Below are positions 1 to 9,100 of a stretch of 64,000 nt of DNA, piece after piece. Position 1 is the first letter of the stretch, and each line of letters begins with the position of its first letter. The position numbers and the translations under genes are program-made. The notes beneath the pieces were generated by a model. That model saw only the letters and a program-made list of their open reading frames with translations. It was not told the DNA's origin and ran no database searches. Origin of the DNA: Eledone cirrhosa (taxonomy: Eukaryota); the NCBI GenBank assembly GCA_964016885.1, contig OZ024742.1, forward strand, positions 368,962,001-369,026,000. Direction: 5' to 3'.

Positions 1-1106
1 CCATAGTATCAGAGAAGTAGCAGCTCTACTTGGACTGACTCTCCAGTGATTCTTTCCTGACACATTCTAACCACATGTCCATAGTATCAGAGAAGTAGCA
101 GCTCTACCTGGACTGACTCTCCGGTGATTCTTTCCTGACACATTCTAACCACATGTCCATAGTATAAGAGAAGTAGCAGCTCTACCTGGACTGACTCTCC
201 AGTGATTCTTTCCTGACACATTCTAACCACATGTCCATAGTATCAGAGAAGTAGCAGCTCTACTTGGACTGACTCTCCAGTGATTCTTTCCTGACACATT
301 CTAACCACATGTCCATAGTATCAGAGAAGTAGCAGCTCTACCTGGACTGACTCTCCGGTGATTCTTTCCTGACACATTCTAACCACATGTCCATAGTATA
401 AGAGAAGTAGCAACTCTACCTGGACTGACTCTCCAGTGATTCTTTCCTGAGACATTCTAACCACATGTCCATAGTATCAGAGAAGTAGCAGCTCTACCTG
501 GAGTGACTCTCCGGTGATTCTTTCCTGACACATTCTAACCACATGTCCATAGTATCAGAGAAGTAGCAGCTCTACCTGGACTGACTCTCCAGTGATTCTT
601 TCCTGAGACATTCTAACCACATGTCCATAGTATAAGAGAAGTAGCAGCTCTACTTGGACTGACTCTCCAGTGATTCTTTCCTGACACATTCTAACCACAT
701 GTCCATAGTATCAGAGAAGTAGCAGCTCTACCTGGACTGACTCTCCAGTGATTCTTTCCTGACACATTCTAACCACATGTCCATAGTATCAGAGAAGTAG
801 CAGCTCTACCTGGACTGACTCTCTGGTGATTCTTTCCTGACACATTCTAACCACATGTCCATAGTATAAGAGAAGTAGCAGCTCTACCTGGACTGACTCT
901 CTGGTGATTCTTTCCTGACACATTCTAACCACATGTCCATAGTATCAGAGAAGTAGCAGCTCTACCTGGACTGACTCTCCGGTGATTCTTTCCTGACACA
1001 TTCTAACCACATGTCCATAGTATCAGAGAAGTAGCAGCTCTACCTGGACTGACTCTCCAGTGATTCTTTCCTGACACATTCTAACCACATGTCCATAGTA
1101 TCAGAG
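1..1106. repeat. 78-bp tandem repeat (minisatellite/satellite A), 14 full units plus 14 bp, open at the left window edge
   Basis: Unit CCATAGTATCAGAGAAGTAGCAGCTCTACCTGGACTGACTCTCCAGTGATTCTTTCCTGACACATTCTAACCACATGT restarts at 1, 79, 157 ... 1093. Units differ by a few substitutions and show no indels. Confidence 0.98.
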
Positions 1107-1124
1107 CTGTGATCTCTAAATTTG

Positions 1125-1158
1125 GAGAAGTAGCAGCTTTACCTGGAGTGACTCTCTG
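1125..1158. repeat. Diverged partial copy of the 78-bp monomer
   Basis: GAGAAGTAGCAGCTTTACCTGGAGTGACTCTC matches the monomer with about 2 mismatches and is separated from the array by about 18 bp of unrelated sequence. Confidence 0.85.
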
Positions 1159-1164
1159 ATCTCC

Positions 1165-1640
1165 AAGCTATGCACCAAAGGAGAAGTAGTTTTCCTCTGT
1201 CTGGTGGCTATGGCGAAATAAGTGATATGGAAGACAAGATTGAAAGGACTGAGGGCAAACACCCTCTCCAGGAAACTCATCACCTTCTTCAAATATCATT
1301 TTAAAAGGAAGTTTAGAGTAGAGAGAGAGGTGCACCCCAGTAAATTCACTGAAAGGTAGGTGAATGTGACAAAAATGGCCTGAGTGAATGGGCCTTCTCT
1401 GTATATAAACCTGTAGGTTGAGGAAGACAAAAGAGAGAAGATGAGAGCACTTCCAAAACATGCTTCTAATGTCGTGAGTTGTTCTATCTACGGGGTGTAA
1501 ATGAATCTCGCAGTGAGGTGCCCCACCCTATTGGGGATTTAGATTGTTTATAATTGTTAAATTATTTACATGCTTCCATGTAAAACCCTGCCATTCCCTG
1601 TCTTGTAATGTTCCATTTCTTGTGCACCCTTGAGGCAAAT
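1165..1640 (+). mobile_element. Decayed 3' fragment of a non-LTR retrotransposon (L1/Tx1-like ORF2 C-terminus plus 3' UTR)
   Basis: Manual translation of + frame 1 from 1165 to 1416 gives KLCTKGEVVFLCLVAMAK*VIWKTRLKGLRANTLSRKLITFFKYHFKRKFRVEREVHPSKFTER*VNVTKMA*VNGPSLYINL*. The 'AK(E)VIWxTR ... F..R(W)' pattern resembles the ORF2 C-terminus of L1/Tx1-clade LINEs. The internal stops (TAA 1219, TAG 1357, TGA 1381) are each one change from GAA, TGG and CGA/AGA. About 220 bp of UTR-like sequence follows and ends at a (TA)n run. Family assignment is by recall only. Confidence 0.6.
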
Positions 1641-1655
1641 ATATATATATATATA
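1639..1655. repeat. (AT)8 microsatellite
   Basis: Read directly. Confidence 0.9.
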
Positions 1656-1656
1656 A

Positions 1657-1996
1657 CATCATCATCATCATTTCATTTTACGTCCGCTTTTTCCTCGCTT
1701 GCAAGGGTGGGACGGGAACTGATTCTGGCTTGATTTCTACAGCTGGATGCCCTTCCTAACACCAACCTCATTTACAGTGAGTACTGGGTGCTTTTTTGCC
1801 GTGGCACCTCCACGACCACTTTGCAGTGGAATGATAGGGACCCCAGTCCTATCATCTCATTTCTACAGCTGAGTAAACTGGAGCAATGTGAAATAAAGTG
1901 TCTTGCTCAAGGAAACAACACATCACCCGGTCTGAGAATTGAACTCACAGCCTTTCGATTGCAAGGCCAATGCTCTAATCCCTAAGCCATGTGCCT

Positions 1997-1998
<2 letters not shown>
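1657..1998 (-). mobile_element. tRNA-derived SINE, apparently full length (~340 bp)
   Basis: The minus strand begins GGAGGCACATGGCTTAGGG (A-box-like) ... GAGTTCAATTC (B-box-like). It continues with a central TCCTTGAGCAAGACACTTT ... CTCAGCTGTAGAAATG segment typical of conserved SINE cores, a LINE-like tail GGTTGGTGTTAGGAAGGGCATCCAGCTGT ... CGGACGTAAAATG, and a terminal (ATG)n microsatellite. It is flanked by (TA)n on both sides. Confidence 0.8.
1934..1989 (-). promoter_or_regulatory. Degenerate RNA polymerase III internal promoter (A box ~1980-1989, B box ~1934-1944) in the SINE head
   Basis: TGGCTTAGGG compared with consensus TGGCNNAGTGG, and GTTCAATTC compared with GTTCRAATCC, at tRNA-like spacing. 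Confidence 0.6.

Positions 1999-2052
<54 letters not shown>
1999..2052. repeat. (AT)27 microsatellite followed by degenerate AT/GT simple sequence to ~2100
   Basis: Read directly. Confidence 0.97.
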
Positions 2053-2055
<3 letters not shown>

Positions 2056-2163
2056 ATATACAGTAAATATATGTGTATATCTATGTGTGTATGTGTGTAT
2101 TAATAAAGACACCTAGTAATGTTTGTTTGACTTAAGTGTGTGTTGATATTCTCTCTCTTTCAC

Positions 2164-2332
2164 CCACTGCCTCTCTTGCTTGGCCCATTATATGCAAATC
2201 AGGGTCCACATGCTGGCCACCCCACAGTCCCAGCGGACAGAATAGAGGTGTCTCCCCAGAGGATGGTGAGGGAAAGGCATTGGAAGAGCCATTTCATCCC
2301 TTAACAGCCTGCAATCATTCTGCAGAAAATAT
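2164..2332 (-). other. Candidate exon (coding status unknown)
   Basis: Minus-strand ATTAACAAACTTCTTTTTAG|ATATTT gives a branch-like TTAAC, a pyrimidine tract and AG. The segment is more GC-rich than its flanks. The donor is weak or ambiguous (GG|GTGAAA or CA|GTGGGT). All three frames contain a stop. Confidence 0.3.
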
Positions 2333-2657
2333 CTAAAAAGAAGTTTGTTAATTCAAATGTTTATAATATATTTGCTAGGGAACTGATTGTTGTGATCATT
2401 TGCAGTAAAGACTTTCATTTTTCATATGATGCAGTCATAGTGCTGTTTGGTATTTTCACTAATGTCTTGCTAATGCAGTCTCATGCAATACAGTTCATTA
2501 ATAGTTAATTAAATGCTACAATATATTTGACCCTTTACATGAAGGACCCTGGATAGTTGGTTGGTTGCGTTTCTGTTCAGTTTCACTAATCTTACTGATA
2601 TTATAATAATGGTTATGTGACGTCTGAACAAGTGTCCTCCACCTCCAACTAACTTAC

Positions 2658-2712
2658 CCTGCACCTCTGTGTCCCGGCCAACAGGATCGAGAATATCAAA
2701 CTACCCCTGTTT
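2658..2712 (-). other. Candidate 55-nt exon
   Basis: Minus-strand acceptor TTTTGTCTCCTAG| and a consensus donor CAGG|GTAAGT bracket a GC-richer island in AT-rich DNA. One frame is open (NRGSLIFSILLAGTQRCR) and is not recognised. Confidence 0.4.
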
Positions 2713-2819
2713 CTAGGAGACAAAACTGTTTATTTTAAATACGTTATATTTATCTAAAAACCTTCCATGATAATCTTATAAAAGAAGCTTTATTAAGTTA
2801 TGTTCCAAACATCAGTTTA

Positions 2820-3036
2820 ACAATGGTTTCTGATTTAGGCACATGATCAACAATTCTGGGACAAAGGAAAGTTGATTAATTCAACCCCAGTGCATTACTG
2901 GTACTATATTTTATCGACCCTGTAAGGATGAAAGGCAAAGTTAACCGTGGCAGGATTTGAACTCTGAACGTAAAGGGCCTTGACTATGCTGCAAAGAATG
3001 GTGACCAACACTCTACCAATACTGCCAATCCATCAG
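2820..3036 (-). mobile_element. Decayed tRNA-derived SINE with a Nin/Deu-type conserved domain
   Basis: The minus strand has TGGCAGTATTGGTAGAG (A-box-like) and GAGTTCAAATCC (B box, 2953-2964). These are followed by TTGCCTTTCATCCTTACAGGGTCGATAAAATATAGTACCAG, which resembles the Nin-domain consensus GCCTTTCATCCTTTCGGGGTCGATAAA..AGTACCAG as I recall it. Boundaries are approximate. Confidence 0.72.
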
Positions 3037-3144
3037 TTTAAGGGGCAAACTAAGCCTGTCTAAATTATTTGAAAGCCAGGGTATCTTTCATTAAAGATAT
3101 AATAATGGAAGAGTTGTAACAGACTTGTAGCATTAGTAGAACTA

Positions 3145-6100
3145 TATCTCACTAGTTAGTACTTAACCCTGGAGGAGGGGGGACAGCAAGACAAAGCTGG
3201 TGTTTTGTATCTCACAAGTTAGTACTTAATCCTGGAGGAGGGGGGACAGTAACAGACAAAGCTGGTGTTTTGTATCTCACTAGTTAGTACTTAACCCTGG
3301 AGGAGGGGGGACAGCAAGACAAAGCTGGTGTTTTGTATCTCACTGGTTAGTACTTAACCCTGGAGGAGGGGGGACAGCAAGACAAAGCTGGTGTTTTGTA
3401 TCTCACTAGTTAGTACTTAACCCTGGAGGAGGGGGGACAGCAACAGACAGAGCTGGTGTTTTGTATCTCACTAGTTAGTACTTAACCATGAAGGAGGGGG
3501 GACAGCAAGACAAAGCTGGTGTTTTGTATCTCACTAGTTAGTACTTAACCCTGGAGGAGGGGGACAGCAAGACAAAGCTGGTGTTTTGTATCTCACTAGG
3601 TAGTACTTAACCCTGGAGGAGGGGGACAGCAAGACAAAGCTGGTGTTTTGTATCTCACTAGGTAGTACTTAACCCTGGAGGAGGGGGACAGCAACAGACA
3701 GAGCTGGTGTTTTGTATCTTACTAGTTAGTACTTAACCCTGGAGCAGGGCGGACAGCAACAGACAGAGCTGGTGTTTTGTATCTCACTAGTTAGTACTTA
3801 ACCATGAAGGAGAGCGGACAGCAACAGACAAAGCTGGTGTTTTGTATGTCACTAGTTAGTACTTAACCCTGAAGGAGGGGGACAGCAACAGACAGAGCTG
3901 GTGTTTTGTATCTCACTAGTTAGTACTTAACCCTGGAGGAGGGGGACAGCAACAGACAGAGCTGGTGTTTTGTATCTCACTAGTTAGTACTTAACCCTGG
4001 AGGAGGGGGACAGCAACAAACAGAGCTGGTGTTTTGTATCTCACTAGTTAGTACTTAACCATGAAGGAGAGGGGACAGCAACAGACAAAGCTGGTGTTTC
4101 GTATCTCACTAGTTAGTACTTAACCCTGAAGGAGGGGGACAGCAACAGACAGAGCTGGTGTTTTGTATCTCACTAGTTAGTACTTAACCCTGGAGGAGGG
4201 GGGGGGGACAGCAACAGACAAAGCTGGTGTTTTGTATCTCACTAGTTAGTACTTAACCATGAAGGAGGGGGGACAGCAACAGACAAAGCTGGTGTTTTAT
4301 ATCTCACTAGTTAATACTTAACACTGGAGGAGGGAGACGGCAAGACAAAGCTGGTGTTTTGTATCTCACTAGTTAGTACTTAACCCTGGAGGAGTGGGAC
4401 AGCAACAGACAAAGCTGGTGTTTTGTATCTCACTAGTTAGTACTTAACCATGAAGGAGGGGGGACAGCAACAGACAAAGCTGGTGTTTTGTATCTCACTA
4501 GTTAGTACTTAACACTGGAGGAGCGGGACAGCAAGACAAAGCTGGTGTTTTGTATCTCACTAGTTAGTACTTAACACTGGAGGAGGGGGACGGCAAGACA
4601 AAGCTGGTGTTTTGTATCTCACTAGTTAGTACTTAACCCTGGAGGAGGGGGGACAGTAACAGACAAAGCTGGTGTTTTGTATCTCACTAGTTAGTACTTA
4701 ACCCTGGAGGAGGGGGGATAGCAAGACAAAGCTGGTGTTTTGTATCTCACTAGTTAGTACTTAACCCTGGAGGAGGAGGGACAGCAACAGACAGAGCTGG
4801 TGTTTTGTATCTCACTAGTTAGTACTTAACCCTGGAGGAGGGGGGACAGCAACAGACAGAGCTGGTGTTTTGTATCTCACTAGTTAGTACTTAACCATGA
4901 AGGAAGGGGGACAGCAAGACAAAGCTGGTGTTTTGTATCTCACTAGTTAGTACTTAACCCTGGGGGAGGGGGGACAGCAATACAAAGCTGGTGTTTTGTA
5001 TCTCACTAGTTAGTACTTAACCCTGGAGGAGGGGGACAGCAAGACAAAGCTGGTGTTTTGTATCTCACTAGGTAGTACTTAACCCTGGAGGAGGGGGACA
5101 GCAACAGACAGAGCTGGTGTTTTGTATCTTACTAGTTAGTACTTAACCCTGGAGGAGGGCGGACAGCAACAGACAGAGCTGGTGTTTTGTATCTCACTAG
5201 TTAGTACTTAACCATGAAGGAGAGCGGACAGCAACAGACAAAGCTGGTGTTTTGTATGTCACTAGTTAGTACTTAACCCTGAAGGAGGGGGACAGCAACA
5301 GACAGAGCTGGTGTTTTGTATCTCACTAGTTAGTACTTAACCCTGGAGGAGGGGGACAGCAACAGACAGAGCTGGTGTTTTGTATCTCACTAGTTAGTAC
5401 TTAACCCTGGAGGAGGGGGACAGCAACAAACAGAGCTGGTGTTTTGTATCTCACTAGTTAGTACTTAACCATGAAGGAGAGGGGACAGCAACAGACAAAG
5501 CTGGTGTTTCGTATCTCACTAGTTAGTACTTAACCCTGAAGGAGGGGGACAGCAACAGACAGAGCTGGTGTTTTGTATCTCACTAGTTAGTACTTAACCC
5601 TGGAGGAGGGGGGGGGGGACAGCAACAGACAAAGCTGGTGTTTTGTATCTCACTAGTTAGTACTTAACCATGAAGGAGGGGGGACAGCAACAGACAAAGC
5701 TGGTGTTTTATATCTCACTAGTTAATACTTAACACTGGAGGAGGGAGACGGCAAGACAAAGCTGGTGTTTTGTATCTCACTAGTTAGTACTTAACCCTGG
5801 AGGAGTGGGACAGCAACAGACAAAGCTGGTGTTTTGTATCTCACTAGTTAGTACTTAACCATGAAGGAGGGGGGACAGCAACAGACAAAGCTGGTGTTTT
5901 GTATCTCACTAGTTAGTACTTAACACTGGAGGAGCGGGACAGCAAGACAAAGCTGGTGTTTTGTATCTCACTAGTTAGTACTTAACACTGGAGGAGGGGG
6001 ACGGCAAGACAAAGCTGGTGTTTTGTATCTCACTAGTTAGTACTTAACCCTGGAGGAGGGGGGACAGTAACAGACAAAGCTGGTGTTTTGTATCTCACTA

Positions 6101-9100
6101 GTTAGTACTTAACCCTGGAGGAGGGGGGATAGCAAGACAAAGCTGGTGTTTTGTATCTCACTAGTTAGTACTTAACCCTGGAGGAGGAGGGACAGCAACA
6201 GACAGAGCTGGTGTTTTGTATCTCACTAGTTAGTACTTAACCCTGGAGGAGGGGGGACAGCAACAGACAGAGCTGGTGTTTTGTATCTCACTAGTTAGTA
6301 CTTAACCATGAAGGAAGGGGGACAGCAAGACAAAGCTGGTGTTTTGTATCTCACTAGTTAGTACTTAACCCTGGGGGAGGGGGGACAGCAATACAAAGCT
6401 GGTGTTTTGTATCTCACTAGTTAGTACTTAACCCTGGAGGAGGGGGGACAGCAACAGACAGAGCTGGTGTTTTGTATCTCACTAGTTAGTACTTAACCCT
6501 GGGGGAGGCGGTACAGCAACAGACAGAGCTGGTGTTTTGTATCTCACTAGTTAGTACTTAACCCTGGAGGAGGGGGGACAGCAACAGACAGAGCTGGTGT
6601 TTTGTATCTCACTAGTTAGTACTTAACCCTGGAGGAGCAGGGACAGCAACAGACAAAGCTGGTGTTTTGTATGTCACTAGTTAGTACTTAACCCTGGAGG
6701 AGCGGGGACAGCAACAGACAAAGCTGGTGTTTTGTATGTCACTAGTTAGTACTTAACCCTGGAGGAGGGGGGACAGCAATAGACAAAGCTGGTGTTTTGT
6801 ATCTCACTAGTTAGTACTTAACCCTGGAGGGGGACAGCAACAGACAAAGCTGGTGTTTTGTATCTCACTAGTTAGTACTTAACCCTGGAGGAGCGGGGAC
6901 AGCAACAGACAAAGCTGGTGTTTTGTATGTCACTAGTTAGTACTTAACACTGGAGGAGGGGGACGGCAAGACAAAGCTGGTGTTTTGTATCTCACTAGTT
7001 AGTACTTAACCATGAAGGAGGGGGGACAGCAACAGACAAAGCTGGTGTTTTGTATCTCACTAGTTAGTACTTAACCCTGGAGGAGGGGGGACAGCAACAG
7101 ACAGAGCTGGTATTTTGTATCTCACTAGTTAATACTTAACCCTGGAGGAGGGGGGACAGCAACAGACAAAGCTGGTGTTTTGTATCTCACTAGTTAGTAC
7201 TTAACACTGGAGGAGGGGGACGGCAAGACAAAGCTGGTGTTTTGTATCTCACTAGTTAGTACTTAACACTGGAGGAGGGGGACGGCAAGACAAAGCTGGT
7301 GTTTTGTATCTCACTAGTTAGTACTTAACCATGAAGGAGGGGGGGACAGCAACAGACAAAGCTGGTGTTTTGTATCTCACTAGTTAGTACTTAACCCTGG
7401 AGGAGGGGGGACAGCAACAGACAGAGCTGGTATTTTGTATCTCACTAGTTAATACTTAACCCTGGAGGAGGGGGGACAGCAACAGACAAAGCTGGTGTTT
7501 TGTATCTCACTAGTTAGTACTTAACCCTGGAGGAGGGGCACGGCAAGACAAAGCTGGTGTTTTGTATCTCACTAGTTAGTACTTAACCCTGGGGGAGGGG
7601 GACAGCAACAGACAAAGCTGGTGATTTGTATCTCACTAGTTAGTACTTAACCCTGGGGGAGGGGGGACAGCAAGACAAAGCTGGTGTTTTGTATCTCACT
7701 AGTTAGTACTTAACACTGGAGGAGGGGGACGGCAAGACAAAGCTGGTGTTTTGTATCTCACCAGTTAGTACTTAACCCTGGAGGAGGGGGGACAGCAACA
7801 GACAAAGCTGGTGTTTTGTATCTCACTAGTTAGTACTTAACCCTGGAGGAAGGGGAAAGCAAGAAATAGCTGGTGTTTTGTATCTCACTAGTTAGTACTT
7901 AACACTGGAGGAGGGGGGAAAGCAACAGACAAAGCTGGTGTTTTGTATCTCACTAGTTAGTACTTAACCCTGGAGGAGGGGGGACAGCAAGACAAAGCTG
8001 GTGTTTTGTATCTCACTAGTTAGTACTTAACCCTGGAGGAGGGGGGACAGCAAGACAAAGCTGGTGTTTTGTATCTCACTAGTTAGTACTTAACTCTGGA
8101 GGAGCGGGGACAGCAACAGACAAAGCTGGTGTTTTGTATCTCACTAGTTAGTACTTAACCCTGGAGGAGGGGGGACAGCAAGACAAAGCTGGTGTTTTGT
8201 ATCTCACTAGTTAGTACTTAACCCTGGAGGAGGGGGTACAGCAAGACAAAGCTGGTGTTTTGTATCTCACTAGTTAGTACTTAACTCTGGAGGAGGGGGG
8301 ACAGCAACAGACAAAGCTGGTGTTTTGTATCTCACTAGTTAGTACTTAACACTGGACGAGGGGGGACAGCAACAGACAAAGCTGGTGTTTTGTATCTCAC
8401 TAGTTAGTACTTAACCCTGGAGGAGGGGGGACAGCAAGACAAAGCTGGTGTTTTGTATCTCACTAGTTAATACTTAACCCTGGAGGAGAGGGACAGCAAC
8501 AGACAAAGCTGGTGTTTTGTATCTCACTAGTTAGTACTTAACCCTGGAGGAGAGGGACAGCAAGACAAAGCTGGTGTTTTGTATCTCACTAGTTAGTACT
8601 TAACACTGGAGGAGGGGGGACAGCAAGACAAAGCTGGTGTTTTGTATCTCACTAGTTAGTACTTAACCCTGGAGGAGGGGGGACAGCAACAGAGAAAGCT
8701 GGTTTTTGTATCTCACTAGTTAGTACTTAACCCTGGATGAGGGGGGACAGCAACAGACAAAGCTGGTGTTTTGTATCTCACTAGTTAGTACTTAACCCTG
8801 GAGGAGGGGGGACAGCAACAGACAGAGCTGGTATTTTGTATCTCACTAGTTAATACTTAACCCTGGAGGAGGGGGGACAGCAACAGACAAAGCTGGTGTT
8901 TTGTATCTCACTAGTTAGTACTTAACCCTGGAGGAGGGGCACGGCAAGACAAAGCTGGTGTTTTGTATCTCACTAGTTAGTACTTAACCCTGGGGGAGGG
9001 GGACAGCAACAGACAAAGCTGGTGATTTGTATCTCACTAGTTAGTACTTAACCCTGGGGGAGGGGGGACAGCAAGACAAAGCTGGTGTTTTGTATCTCAC

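Noticed and set aside
1-1092. C2H2 zinc-finger or other protein repeat exon
   Set aside because: The period is 26 codons rather than 28, there is no Cys/His pattern, and every frame has stops in most units.
1168-1461. 97-aa minus-strand ORF
   Set aside because: It is antisense to the LINE-like reading frame on the + strand and has no recognisable domain.
1788-1985. 65-aa plus-strand ORF
   Set aside because: It lies entirely antisense within the SINE and starts at GTG.
1925-1998. tRNA gene
   Set aside because: A and B boxes are present but I could not fold a convincing cloverleaf, and the sequence continues into a SINE body.
2136-2336. 66-aa plus-strand ORF
   Set aside because: It is short, starts at GTG in a GT-rich run and has no motif. 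Splice signals point to the opposite strand.
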